A stretch of DNA of 64,000 nucleotides from Balanoglossus misakiensis. Its lineage: Eukaryota; Animalia; Hemichordata. The notes beneath the pieces are model-generated. The model was given only the letters and a program-made list of their open reading frames with translations. It ran no database searches and was not told the DNA's origin. Position numbers and translations under genes: made by a program. The stretch covers positions 11,335,625-11,399,624 of the forward strand of contig CM082579.2 in NCBI GenBank assembly GCA_040954595.2, read 5' to 3'. Each line of letters starts with the position of its first letter. The stretch's first letter is position 1. This document shows, piece by piece, positions 1-13,748 of this stretch.

Positions 1-955
1 GGGGTCATGGCTTACTTTCATCCCTGGCCTTTTGCTTGCAGGTCACCACCAATAAAAGAGGTGTTCATGCCTCAGACTGCCAAGCCCTCTGTCTTATGTG
101 TTTTATCAGAGAATTTGTGTCGCTTTGAGAAGAGCCACAGCGCCCTCAAAGGGAGTAATTACGGAGACGGGACAGAGCATGCGCATTGACCACAAGGCTG
201 AGTTAGCCCATAGCAGTTGCCACAACTCAGCGCAGCTCATTAGTCACCCTACCTCCCAGCTTTTTTTACTCACTGTGTGCATTTTGTAATTGCAATTTCA
301 CTACAGTTGTACTTTCCATTGTTAGAATGTCGACTACTAACATTGGCCTTTTAATTCTTGCAGGTCACTCACCACCATTAAAAGGGGTTTTCCTGCCTCA
401 GACTGCCAAGAGTATTTGGTATTCACACTACCTGGTGGTAATATTGGATTTCCAAAGAAATATGCATATTCCATACCTCAAAACCTATAGGGCTGATTGA
501 CTCAAAGATTCTTGTGTGGTTACATTTGCCCTTTGCCCTTCAAATATAGCCAATAAAATGGTTATTAGTCATGTGACTTTGCCACCATTTTTGATTTCTG
601 AAAATTATCATAAAAAATCCAAATATCTTCTACTCCAGAGACAGCAAATATCGAGCATCAGGATTAAGTGCACATGAGCACCTAACCATTGTCTGTCAAG
701 TTTATGAAGAAGGTAATGATTGGCCGACCCCATATGGTGAACCATATTGGATTAGACCTATCCAAGAACTGATGAAAATGTTCACATTGAAAATGTTCAC
801 ATTTTTCTCTCTCCACACCTGCAAAGCTCTTTTAGTAGAGACTCTGCACATATTATCACATGGGTGTCTCGGCATTATTAAAGAAAGACATTTCCGGATA
901 TCATCAAATATGGTCGCTATGCTGTTGTGTAGTTAAACTCATTACTTATTGATAT

Positions 956-2391
956 AGGGCAACACTTCCAGGAAACAAAGGATTACATTGAGACGCTGAA
1001 CGACAATGGTTTTCACATCAACTTTAAAGGCAGAGAAGACCTTGACACATTCAAGAGAAACATAAGGAAACTAAGCATTCTGTAGTGTATGTCTTTTTAG
1101 CTAAATTGAAAACAGCTAATTGCTGTGAAAATTGCTAAACTGCATGAAGCAGTGTAATACAAATAAACTAATTTTATTCCAGCAGTACTTTATTTTTTAT
1201 CTACTCACACTTAATATTCGATATTTTTTATTTTCTCTCATCAGGTGCATGACATATTCATCGCCAGTGTCTGCAACAATGTTAAAGCAGGGTTCCCTGA
1301 TGTGGCTGTTCTGGATGCTTTTTTGCTGTTTAATCCGAAAGAAGTTCCAGATCTAGAGTTATGTGAATTATTGGATAGTCATGGTCAGGAACAATTACAA
1401 GTAAGTACTCACTGACGACATAAATTTTATAAGTTAAAGTTAGAATCCTTAAGTTTCGGCTTCTTATTCATTTCTCTGTTCCTGCAGTTGTTTGAATCAT
1501 AGCAGTCTTTGTTTGCTTTTCAAAATTCATTTACTAAAATATCTGTTGTCTTTTTTTTCAGATTCTGACACAAAACTACGAGGAGATCATTGATGCAGGG
1601 ACGAAACAAATGAAGAGTGGAAATGCCTGCTACCGACAATTCACCAAAGAAGGGATTTCCTCACATTCGCTGACACCATGAGATTAGTAATTACTGATAT
1701 GGCAGCAACGTTCCCGAACTTGGCAAAACTCGCACAGATTGCTTTGACAATACCAGTTTCCACAGCAGGTAGGCTTTTAATTCCTGTACTGTTTGTAAGG
1801 CTGCTAAGCTAACTTTGAGATGAATGATTGGTTGCTATACAACTGACTTTAATAATTGTACATATGTATAACTATAAGTATTTCTTTTGTTCACCCATTC
1901 AGACTGTGAGCGTGGCTTCAGTGCACTATCGAGAGTGAAAACAAGGCTGAGGAACAAGGTATTGAATTATCTTCTGATGGTTTCAATTGAAGGCCCAACC
2001 CCTGAAGAGTTCAACTTCAAGGAGGCTATCCGGCTTTGGACCATGATGAGAAACAGAAGGCTGACCATTGACCATGACTGATGGAAATGAGAGGATTCTG
2101 TGGACTGCTTTTATTGAAATGATGATTTGAAGTTGATTTACTTTTTGTTATTTAATTTATGTTTTTTGGTATTAATTTGTTGATTTCCTTTCAAAAACTG
2201 TATTTAATTTATGTGGGGGAAAATAAATTTCAATTGATTATTTAAGTAAGTTGAATTTTATTGAGTGTTTTGTCAAGTGTGTATAGTTTCTGTCATTTAA
2301 CACATTCAACATATGCAAAACACATGCAAAGTATATGCAGATCATATGCAAATTAGGTACCACATTATTTTCCAACCTGTGGAGAACACTA
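956..2391 (+). pseudogene. 3' fragment of intron-containing hAT transposase (ZNF862-like), including hAT dimerisation domain
   Basis: Exon-like blocks VHDIFIASVCNNVKAGFPDVAVLDAF (from ~1246), FPNLAKLAQIALTIPVSTA followed by GT donor (~1768), and DCERGFSALSRVKTRLRNK...SIEGP (1902-2081); ends near a hAT-like terminus ggagaacacta. Confidence 0.85.
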
Positions 2392-3891
2392 AACATACAA
2401 CCAGAAACTAGCATCAATAAGATTTCATGTGTAACTAATGGAAGTATGCCTATTTAGATGGAACAATCTACGTTGGAGAGTAAAATTATGGAAATAATGC
2501 AAAAGTGGCGTGGCAGTTCTGAGGGCTTTAACATGATTTGCATTCAAATGAGCAGGACAATTTTAACTTTGTTACCTAAATGACAATGTATAGGGAGAGT
2601 GACATTGTCCATCTAGTGTCAGGGGGGGGGGGGTTCCAAAGGTATATGGGTATGTGCCATCTTTAAGAAAAACCTTCATATGCAAGAGAAAAAAATGTTA
2701 TTTCTCAAGGTACATCGTATAGAGAGAAATACATGTTTTGTTGTTTCGCGAGGGCGCTGTTTATAGGAGTATGAATATCAAGTAGTTGGGGTAATCAGGT
2801 CAGTCTACGCGCTACCACCGGTCAGTTGAGTCGCCTTTTGATCAGTTAAAATTTTATTTCTTTTCTTTTCTGTTTTGGTTGAGAGACCTAACGCTTTTTC
2901 AGAGGAATTTTCCCTCTAAGAGGGTTTTTAAGCTCTGTTTTTTAGGGCGGGGTCTTGATGCGTTTTATGAGCTGCCATGCATGAGTTCAATTGTTATAAG
3001 CTATTGTTGTAATAAAGTTCGGTGGTAGCGTAGCCACACACAGTAAAGCTTGTGGTATGGCCTGTTTATTGTGAATTAGCTCAGGAGAAGAGACAAAACT
3101 GGTAAATGACCAGAAAATTTGACTGGTAATACAATGGGGTCTGGTTTTTGGCATTTACACAGGTCGATGTTTTCAAGTGGGGTGGCAGACTACCATCAGA
3201 AAGATTTTGAAGTAACCTCCCCCTGAATACTTTCTGGCTTTGACCTAGGACTTGCCACTTAAAGATGCCTTTAGGCCCCAATATGCTGCTCCCACATACA
3301 CATTTCCAGTCCTGAACCTTGCATCAGTTTTGTGGTGATGCTTGAGAATAAGATTGGCTCGACAATTTGCACACTTAATTGCCTGTAATTAACATATTAA
3401 CACAAGAAATGGATTCTGCACATATAAACAAATTAAAAATGAGATATTACGCATAATCATGAGACAAAATGGGCAAAAGTTAAATTATTCAGGAAGTGTT
3501 TGGTGGTCATTTTGAATGATGCAAATAAGAACAGTTGTCTAATATTGCCATGTCAACCATGCTGAAATTGTTTTATGCACCCATATTGATGAAAACCTTG
3601 AAAATGCGATATTACACATCATTGAAGACAAACATGGGAAATTTACCTTTTTAGGAGTTCGGTGGCCATTTTGGATTATGCAAATTGGGAGAGTTGAGCA
3701 AAAATGCAACGCAGTTGCATTGCTGTGGCACCCATAAGAACACAATCTTGAAAACAAAAGACTATTCACCATTTTGGCACAAACAGTACAAAATTTGATT
3801 TTAGAGAAGTTGTTCGGCGGTCATTTTGGATTATACACATTAGAAGAGTTGCCCAACACTGCCATATTTGCAATACAGTTGAATTGTTTAA

Positions 3892-4397
3892 AGGCACGTA
3901 AGCTGCAACTGGATAAAAAAAATTAAAGTTTTAAATAATCTCATATATGCTTTTAATTATGTCTATTAAATGATATTTCATGATAATATATCAAGCTCAA
4001 CACTTATTTATGACAAAATGGCCAAAAATTAAAGAAAAACGAAAATTCCTGCAATTTTAAAAAAAGTGCAATATTGCAATGAAAAATGAAAATCTGATGT
4101 CTCAGTGGTGTTCATTTACTTCCATGAGCCCAAGTGGATGAGATCATGTTTTGTTTATGAAGTTTCACAATCGGAAATGCAACATTTTCATTGTTTCTTG
4201 CATTTTCCCACGGTGGTGGCCATAATCACTTGCGGCAAAGCTTTATTATTTATCTGGTTAAAACTTGCATATGCACTCATATTTAGGGTTTATAATGCTT
4301 GTGTATAGTTCACTGCCTTCATCTGCATGGACTAATGGTAGTGCAGTTTGAAACAAAAATTATGAAAATTATCCCAAAAGTTACAGCTTACGTGCCT
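3892..4397 (+). mobile_element. MITE family A, TTAA-specific (Kolobok-type)
   Basis: TIR aggcacgtaagctg/cagcttacgtgcct; TTAA at 3888-3891 and 4398-4401; near-identical copies at 13749, 14181 and 22105. Confidence 0.93.
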
Positions 4398-4426
4398 TTA
4401 AGGTACCCCTATGAATGAAAATCCTA

Positions 4427-4602
4427 ACCCGGGTCACTAGCTAGCCTCAGCGGCGAAACACGTAATTTTAACACATACATCTGTCGTGAGTGTAGGCAGA
4501 AAATTCAAAGATGGCAAAAGAACGTGTTTTCGTGTGAGCAGCTCAGAGAAAAGATCATTGGAGGATCTCAATCACTCAGCATTGCTAGCTAGTGACCCGG
4601 GT
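4427..4602. mobile_element. Small TIR element (MITE)
   Basis: 19-bp perfect TIR acccgggtcactagctagc/gctagctagtgacccgggt; TSD unclear; absent from right arm. Confidence 0.65.
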
Positions 4603-4615
4603 CAAATTGGGGAAC

Positions 4616-4741
4616 TAGCCAATCAGATCTTGAGTCGAAATCCAGCAGTCGCCATCTTGTTTCAGAGACGTTTTGAAGCTATGTCCCCAGACTCTCGCTT
4701 TGGCGATAACCCGCGCGAAGAAGTCTGGGTAACCGAGACTA
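4616..4741. mobile_element. Terminal fragment of AcademH-like MITE
   Basis: Ends in gtctgggtaaccgagacta, matching the terminus gtctgggtaacagagacta of the 20088-20474 element. Confidence 0.55.
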
Positions 4742-4954
4742 ATTAGAAGAGTGTCCAACACTGCCATCTTTGCAATACAGTAGTATTGTTTAAGGTACCT
4801 ATATGAATGCAAATCCTGAAAATGTAATACTACACATCATTTCGGGAAACATGGCAAAATTTCACTTTTAGCAGCATTTGGCGGCCATTTTTGATTATGC
4901 AAATTAGAAAGTCGCCTAACACTGCCATATTTGCAGTAGAGTTGTTTTGTTTAA

Positions 4955-6040
4955 GGATGAGATGCAGGTTTTTTGCATTTTTTTGGTGATTTTTACTTTT
5001 TTCAATATTTCAAACCATTAGAATTTGTATTATTTTTTATTAAAACAGTTTTACTGGGTCACACTCGTAAACATGTGTAAATTTAATTATCAAAAGTAAC
5101 ATTTTTTAGAATTGGGTGTACAGTTATAAACGTTTCGGATTAACTGTCGCCGGATTAGTTATGAAGTTTGCTAACCAATTCACGGGATCCCAGGGGGGAT
5201 AACTTCAAGATATGCAAATCTGACTTTTCGAAAGTTAGGCTTGTACGCATACGCAAATCGACGCATTGACTTGACTTCAACAACTGTGTTAGATGGTTTA
5301 CATTCGCCGTAACACTACGTATGGCTACTGTACAGAAACGAAGAAAACAAAAACGCGGGCCGCTCAGGAAAAATGTTAAAGTCATGACCGATGAAGTTAA
5401 AGCGGCACTGAGAGAATACCATAAGCCGTGTTATGTTGACTCTGAGTTGTCCGACTCGTGTCCGTCTGATGCCGATGAAGACGCCTTGTGCAGCGGGAAC
5501 CCTCCCGAAGACCGACAGCGTCGCAGGTAGCAAGATATGTTTGGGGAATTCAACTGCAAGTGCAGATGAGGGCGAAACCCTCCGCATCATTGATTTAAAC
5601 ATTTTAAACGCAATGTTGAAGTCGCAGTCGGTGTGCAAGGTATGTTTTAGTGGAACTCTGAGTCTGATGGAGGAAACCATGCAAGGATGGGGGAGCCATT
5701 TCCGCATGGAATGCTCAAATACCAAGTGTGGACGAAGTTCTAATCCAGCAAAGTTTCCCTCGTCACAGAAGAACGGGAGTTTTTGACAGGTCAATGGGAA
5801 AATGGTGTTAGGGTTGCCCGCCATAGGAAAGGGAAGACGTGCGGCTATGAAGTTTAGTTCGTTTGTAGGGCTCCCACCACCATTATAATCCCATCCATTC
5901 AAGGAGCACGTGGAAACCTTGGCAACGACGAGCGCAGAACAGACAGAGCACAATATGGCGTCTGCTGTGGCCGAACTTCGTCGGCTAAAGCTGCAACTGG
6001 CACCCGATGACGACGATGACAACACCCAAACGGTTGATGT
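4955..6040 (+). mobile_element. 5'-end remnant of Kolobok-type DNA transposon with disrupted transposase N-terminus
   Basis: Starts TTAA|GGATGAG; encodes LRIIDLNIL...CKVC...GWGSHFRMEC..C...*QVNGKMVLG..IGKG...F..VGLPPP...MASAVAEL...TVDVA with stops and a frameshift (the family Pfam calls Mutator-like transposase); truncated just before the expected first catalytic Asp; absent from right arm at ~35120-35145. Confidence 0.75.
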
Positions 6041-6267
6041 TGCAAATCTTGAAAATTAGATATTACACATCATTTCTAGGTTCACCATTGAGCACATAGG
6101 ACTGCCAACTCGACTTTAGAGAGTCTCAACGAACACAAGACTTGATCCCAATTTGCAAGCTGAGTTGAAACTGACTGCTGGAGTAATTTAGCTCTGGGAA
6201 TGTCCTGTGTGATTTAAAGCAATTAACGACCAAGTTTCTCTGAGGTAACCATCTTCGTTTTGTTTAA

Positions 6268-6968
6268 GGTGGCAATGCATGAAACCATCGAGACTTTTCC
6301 AGAGGCCTATTTCTCATCAAAGACAACGTTAAAACCCCCATAAACCATACATATTCTGGAAGCTGAGTTTTTGAACTTTGTTTGAGTTGCATATATTATT
6401 GATCCCCGGAAATGGTGGCGTTTTTGGGTTAAAAACCCCATATTTTGATATTATGTCATTCAATTTAATTTAGGTAAAAAGGTTGACCATGCATCATGCA
6501 TTTTAATATGTCATTCGAAACTAGAGTACACGTGCACAAAAAACGGTAATTTTGTTTTGCGCTATCTGCTTTCATTGAGGAGTAACAGCATTTGAAAGTT
6601 AGATTTTTAGAAAATTTGATCAAAGTCAAGATGAGTTGTATTGAATCAGAGTTTTTTCTCGCCCGGGACACTTTATCGACTGAAAAAAATCTGTTTTGTT
6701 GGATGGGTCATACACAATCCCCTGTTAAAATTTAAGCAAATTCGGCCAACGCAGAGCGAAAATGCAAACTGAGAAAAACTGCCATTTGCATTGTTGACAC
6801 CTATTTGTTAAGCTGTGGACTCATTCAGAAAAGTGCTATTTTTGGGTGAATAGGCACCATTTCCGCCAAGACGTACTAATAGTCAGAATGTTGATCAGTA
6901 TTAGACCGACCGATTTATGTAAAAAAGTATAATTTGGCAAAAATGACCAGTTTTCATGCAATGCCACC
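6268..6968. mobile_element. MITE family B, TTAA-specific (Kolobok-type)
   Basis: TIR ggtggcaatgcatgaaa/tttcatgcaatgccacc; TTAA on both sides; single-TTAA empty site in right arm at ~34889. Confidence 0.92.
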
Positions 6969-9374
6969 TTAAGAATCCATAAAACAAGAATTCCACCCAA
7001 TAATTTCCTTAGAATTTCACAACTGTGAGTTTGCAGTTATGCAAAAAAGTGTGTATTATACACATAAGAGATTTTTCACATGCATTTTTCTGATGGCTAT
7101 GCATTTAACTGTAAACAAATATTGACATCACTTACTGGCGGTATTTTGTCATTGGAATGGCTTCATCATTCTCCCTTCAACCAAAGTTGAAACAGAGTTA
7201 AATATGCACAGCTTGAAATCATAAAATGTTGCAAAATTGAACCAAAAGTTCAGTCAATGACCAAGTTCTTACAGCTATTATTACAACCTGACAGTCCCGG
7301 TAAACAAGAGACACGGGCCTGATTTGCAAGCCGAGACGTAACTGACCTTGCCTGCCCACAGACACACCAATTTCAGTGAATTTTATTGTATTAATATGTG
7401 AATATGAAGAACTGTTCTCTGTGTTCTGATTGTTAGCCTGCATAGCTGTTGCCATTCTAGTTTTTTCTGTGCCCTGTGAACAGAGTTTCAGTTGCGAAAA
7501 GTAAATCTAAATTGTCTGGGCGATGACCATGTACAATTTTCTGATGCGTCTTACCAACAGAAGGACCATCAGTTGTAGATTTTCATTTCTATGGCACAAG
7601 GGAAAGGACCATCAGTTGTAGATTTTCATTTCTATGGCACAAGGGAAACATACATATAAATCCTGTTAAATTTCTCTATATGTTCTTTATTGATCATTCA
7701 TTTATTATGACTGATAGCGTTAGTAAAATGTATTGCAAATAAGCATGCTTTCAGTGTATGTGTGATTGTGATCAATATCGTATTTTCAAAATTTGGTACT
7801 CTTAATGATTATGAATTCATCAATATTCAAATATTTGGAGGGTTGCATGTATTTTGACATTTTCGAACAAAGTTGTAGACACAAAAAGGTGCTATGCCCA
7901 AGAGAAAGATATGCAAATTGGTAGATATGAATTCAAAGAGTATTATAGTGTCCATTTTACAACAGTGTGCCAGTTAACACAGGGCATGTAATGAGGATAG
8001 TAAAGCACATATGTGAATTTTTGGAAATCGGGGAGTGCATCTTATACGGCCATGGCTGCCACGTTTGCATATGATGTCTTACATTAAAATGTGCTGTGCA
8101 TCACATTTATTAAAATAACATAAAACCACTGAAAAGTCCTAAAATATCCCTTAAGCTCGTGGGCTTTAAACAGCACTATTAATGTGGAAAGTAGTATATC
8201 ACTCACATTTTGTGTTTTTCAGAAATAACCACACTGTTAGGGATTCTTTTGTCAATTGATATGAGATACTATATCAGCCTGTTTTGGGGATCTTGACAAT
8301 GACATATATTTGGTTTTTCATACACAGCATGAGTCAAATTTTCAAAAATGATTAGGTAATTAAGATCTCGCACGAAAAAAATCCATTAGAAGTCTAACAA
8401 AAATCAAAACAACACATTTCTCTCCTATTAGGAGCCTAAATTTTTAAAACATACATAAAGACATGTACACAAACATTGAGAGGTCAACATGTATACAATG
8501 CTCAGTAGGGGGTTGACACTTACATCATTTAGAGATTGTTAAATATTTATGAAATATCCCCTGAGAACATGCAAACCAAATTTCAAAGAAATGTGAGTAG
8601 AGGTTTCTGAGTATTTGGCAAAAATCGCCGGCAAACTATACTTCAGAAATTGGAAACAAATCTATATAAGGTATCAATGAAATAAATACACTGTACACAC
8701 CAATTTCCAAAGCAATCTGACCAGCACTTTTTTGAGTTCTGAGTTTTCTACAATTTCACATTGGTCCCAATGGTATATAGAAATATATGAAATTGGACCC
8801 AACGATAAAAAACACATTTCAAAGAATTTACAATTATAGCTTCACCAGCTACCAAATTTTACACATCTTTTACCACAATAGCATTTTTCAAATCTATCCT
8901 TTAAAACTGCCATCATTAAGCTATTTAACTTATATTTGGATGGGTTTGTCATCTCTTGGCAATGCATACCACAATACATGTAGTTGTGTACCCTTTGTAT
9001 GGAGGCCAATTAAACAGGTGCAGCACCTGTTTAATAGCCGACTTCTTTAAATTGCAACATACAGCCACATTCGTCCTTTGATAAGATGTTCATGTATACC
9101 CATCAGTAAGCTTATTTTGATGGACAAATCTAAGATGGAAAGTAAAATAATGAAAATAATGAAAAAGTGGCAACTCTTGGGGCACCAAACTGTGAAAAAC
9201 TTGCTTCATTTCCTGAAAGTTTTTTAAGGATATGTTTTACTCTGTGACAAAAATTTGTTGCCAAGTTTCTTTACCAAATGTCAGAGAGCAGATTTTTTAA
9301 AGCTAAATTTCAAATGATCTTGGGGCGACTTTTTTATCTACTATCCCATATTGGGTAGCATGAAACACCGAATG

Positions 9375-11330
9375 GCTTACCGGTAGGGTTAGAGATAATT
9401 AATTTTATATTAACATGCATTAAGATGGGTCCCTAGGATCTTTTTGCTCGTTGCTATGGGCCTTTATAGGACACTACACTCAATTTTAATCGAAACCGTT
9501 ATGAACGTCCGACAAGGGGCTTGTAACTAGTTAAAAATACACACGATTGTGTGCACACCCCCTGTCTGAGTATGTTTACGGCAGCTACCGCCCGGCCATA
9601 GGCCGCCACGCTAATACGGCAAAGCAGCGGTCAGCGATAGCGTGCGCGTCCTGTAACCACAGTAACTGGATCGAACGCTAAAAATCCAATGTTTTGTACA
9701 CAGAGATTTTGTACCGTTCACGAAAATCCCTAAGGCTTTTTTCACAGGCGACGTAGGCCAGCCAAATTTGACCTGCTTGTTGAGAACGCACTTCCGCATA
9801 GTGTGACGGATCGTTTTTTCGGTTTTCGTCGTGCTAAGAAGCGATACCAGTGGAAGAGTGCGTCCAAAAACACCCAAAATCGATGACTTTTTCAGGTGTG
9901 GTACGGGTATGCTGAAATCGTAGGATACAACGATAATATTCGAAAACAAAATCCGTCACGATCTTCCCTGGTTCAAGCAACTAATGAATACGTATCACGT
10001 TCGTTTTTGAGGTCACGGAATAAAAAGCCTTAGGCTTTTGAAATTTGACCTAACTAATTTGCATATCAATGGCGTCAGGGGGCGCGCGCTCACAATCGTG
10101 CGTATTTTTAACTAGTTACCAGCCCCTTGTTAGACTCTGAAAACGGCTTAGTCCAAATCGGGGTGTAATGTCCTATAAAGGCCCATAGCAACGGGCAAAA
10201 AGATCCTAGGGACCCATCTTAACATGAAACAAAAATTTCATGGTTAATTTAGGACTCCCTTGATCTATGGTGACCCCATTAAATATGTGCATATCTAATT
10301 CTGGGCTATTCAGTGGAGATAGAATCCTGGACATGTACAACTTTGGGGTCAAAATTTTTTGACAAAAAGTTTGGGTGATCATGGTTAACTTTGACCTATA
10401 TTCCTATATCTTGGCATCCGGAGCAGATACATTCTTGAGACTTGGAGTGATGGAACTACATAAAGGACTATTATGTCTCAGCTAGTCACAGTTCTCTTGC
10501 TGTGTATTTATGCCTTTATTCAGCCAAATAAGATGTTTTTCGCAGCACATTGACTGTCTTTGGCAGTACTTTCAGCTGGTCACAGTGCCTAAACAGCAGA
10601 TCAAGTTGTGCAATGACTGAACTTGCCCTTCTTTGTAATTAAAGCATGACCGGCCTGTCTTAGGTGGCCCCTACCTAGAGGCTTTACCCGTCATTGGCTC
10701 ACAGTCTCAGAAATCAGCTCTGCAGGGAAGTTAACGATGTAACCCACCATTCAAGCTTTTATATTTCCGCTTTCTTTTTATTTGATGCCTGGCTGAGGCC
10801 TTCTTAGGATCTACCCAACGCTGAGTAGGCTATCCCGTCATTGGCACACAGTCTCAGGGAAGGGAAGTCAACAGTTCAGCCTACCATTAAAGCCTTTATA
10901 TTTTCTTTTTAAGTGAAGCCTGGCTGCTGTAGAAAAAATGTTGATCTCAAAGTTATCATGTCCAACATAAACCAGTCTTCTAGCCCTATTGGTTAGCCTG
11001 GAATTAGGTATGCAAATAATAAATGAGGCTAGACATAATACTCCATTACATAGTTCCATCACTCCAAGCGTCAAGGATGTATCTGCTCCAGATGCAAAGA
11101 TGTAGGAATGTAGGTCAAAGTTTACCCAAGATCACCCATTTAAAAAAAAAGGTCCCCAAAGTTGTCTATGTCCAGGTTTCTACCTCCACTGGATAGCCCA
11201 GAATAAGATGTGCACATATTTAATGAGGTCACCATAGATCAAGGGAGTCCTAAATTAACCATGAAATTTTAGTTCCATATTAATGCATGTTAATATAAAA
11301 CACTGTATCTCTAACCCTACTGGTAAGCCT
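9375..11330. repeat. Local inverted repeat (~300-bp arms) inside left arm, mirrored at 31140-32285
   Basis: 9375-9420 plus 10222-10480 is the reverse complement of 11030-11330 (catggttaatttaggactcccttgatctatggtgacc / ggtcaccatagatcaagggagtcctaaattaaccatg). Confidence 0.9.
9424..10218. mobile_element. MITE family C with long (~110-130 bp) TIRs, TTAA-specific
   Basis: gatgggtccctaggatctttttg.../...caaaaagatcctagggacccatc; TTAA at 9420-9423 and 10219-10222; empty site in right arm at ~32233. Confidence 0.93.
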
Positions 11331-11370
11331 AGAATTATGTACATGCATAAGTTTTTGACAATACGCTTAA

Positions 11371-12515
11371 AGTGGAACGTTGTGATCCGTTTTTGAGCCA
11401 ATTCGGCGAAATGCGATTAAAAAGTACTATGAAAAACGTTGGTTTCATTCACTTTCACTTACGCATAACAGAGCTACAGCCAGCCCAAAACTGCGCGAAC
11501 CCGGAAGTGAGTGACGTCAGCAACTGTTGTCCGCTGCCGACGCGTTGGAGCGAGCCTATGCTTATACACGCCTGCACTCACGCGACCGACGACGTTAGCA
11601 TGGCAACATATTCTCGGGTAGTAGGCTACAATTTTGAACCAGAGATTCCCTTCTACGACCAAGCGACTGAATTTTACAGAGGACAAAAGTTCATGCAGTT
11701 CTGATCTCCGATGTGTCCCGTTTGTCAAGGCTTACACTTGGTGTGGTTTCAGTGAAACCATAGACACTCCATGGGTGAAACTCCCTTGTTGTCTCTCCCT
11801 CGTTGTCACCTTTTCGAACCACTTTTCTTACAAAAATACTTTGTCACCTTTTATGGAGTTGAAGAGAACGAAGGTGCATCGTCCTGCTCTCCAGGTGTAG
11901 TACGTCCGTAGTATAATGGAAGCCAATACCATAGTTATTCTATGCATGTTTCGTCTCTTGAAATGTATTAAAACTGCCCTTTTTAGTTGCTTTCATTTGA
12001 TAACTATGCGATCGTCAATAAATGGAAATTAAACCCAAATACGTGTACCAAAAAACGTGCAGGAAAGATTTAAAACGGTACGTTTATTATTATCAGCGGC
12101 AGTTAGAACAACTTTGTATAGGCCTTACGGTTTGTTCATAAACGTCGACATGCATGGCATCTTGGACATTGCAGGGTCTATGTCTGCACGCATCGACAAA
12201 TACAATACACGTAGAGCATTGCCTTTGAAAGAAACTTATCCCCGTCGATTTTCCGAATATGTTTTTAAAGTCATGAACTTGACATTTCGCCATGTCAGAT
12301 CCGCGCAAAATGTGTCTGTTTATTGGAAATGACACGTCGAACGTGTAAGAGCCCTGCGCGTCGACTGCAACGCAAGTTGCTGACGTCACAGTAGTATTTT
12401 CAACTCGCGTCTTCTGCTTGCGCAGGAAGTGAAAGTGAATTAACCCATCGGAACGTTGCCGTTTTTGACACCCGGTTTGGACTTTGAAGCCCAAAATTGT
12501 GGGTGTCGTTCCTCT
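11371..12515. mobile_element. Non-autonomous TTAA-specific (Kolobok-type) element D
   Basis: TTAA|agtggaacg ... cgttcctct|TTAA; CpG-rich interior; absent from right arm at ~31095-31110. Confidence 0.8.
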
Positions 12516-13748
12516 TTAAGTTGTAAGACATGTACATGAACCTTGACAATTGACTTAAAATAACATAAAGGCAGAATTGATACTGATTGGAGATAGCAAC
12601 AGTGATGTTAATTACACCAGGGATGTTTGTCTTATTACAGCTAATAGACTGCGTTAGGTAAAGTAATGAAAGTGGCCACTTGTGATTCATCTTCAAAGTG
12701 CCATGCAAGTGTATGGTACATTGTTTTTCCAATGATTGGACAAAGGATTTACATTTGTGTAATTACGGTTGGGTAGCCCTGCCTTCATTATAATCTTACA
12801 CCAAATCAACACTGTTCAGTTTATGTGATTGACTTCAAAGGGATGCTAGTTACATTAAAATTCCCAGCTAGTGGTATCAGATTATAGGGCCTGTGGCATG
12901 TATGACGTTCGACGTTAGTTTTGGAAGCAAAGCGGTAAGAATACAACTAGATATAGACTGGGTTGTTCTGAATGTGACCATGGCCTGTACCACATAGACT
13001 CTGTATTGTATATTTCTGAAGAATCAAAATAAACATAACTGTCAACATAATTCAACCTTGTGAGAAGTAAAACGCAGGATTTACTGGTTAATATTTGTTA
13101 GGTTATTACACACTGTGGACCCATATGGGTATTACACAAAATTAGTTGTGTACACGGGGAAAAATCACATGTGACATTGGCAAGCAGATATGACCTAGCA
13201 TAATAACATTTCAAAGGAATCTTCAGAGAAAGTATTTTAAAGGAAAACAATATTTGTTCAACAATTACTAAAACTGCCTCAAACCACCAATATGCAAACA
13301 TCATCAAACTGCACAATATCCTACTTCAATCACAACAAGGAAATGCCTACAAAAGTAGAAAGCATTCTGACGAGCGGGTTCAAAGAATATTAATTCCAAA
13401 AATTGCCTCAAGACCACAAATATACAAATTTCACCAAAATGATGTATATGTACTGGGCAACATTACTTGGGTTACCTTTTGGACCAAGCGCATTTGCAAA
13501 TTTTTGGCAATGACATGATCATTTGAACAAAATCTCATCTACAGGCTGACCTGCTTCTACACACCAACTATCACGGCGATATGCAAAGTGGTTTTCAAGT
13601 TTTTGATGTGGGTGGACATCCATCCATACATACATACATACAGAGGCAACTGACTGGTAAGAAATCATGAGCAAAAAAATGCGGCAAATCAATGTTGTGA
13701 CACTAGTATTAGGCCTTAATGTTTACGATATCAGGAAAGTTTATTTAA

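Noticed and set aside
5315-6025. 236-aa minus-strand ORF
   Set aside because: Antisense shadow of the plus-strand transposase remnant
7561-7648. Exact 44-bp tandem duplication
   Set aside because: Simple local slippage; single copy in the right arm
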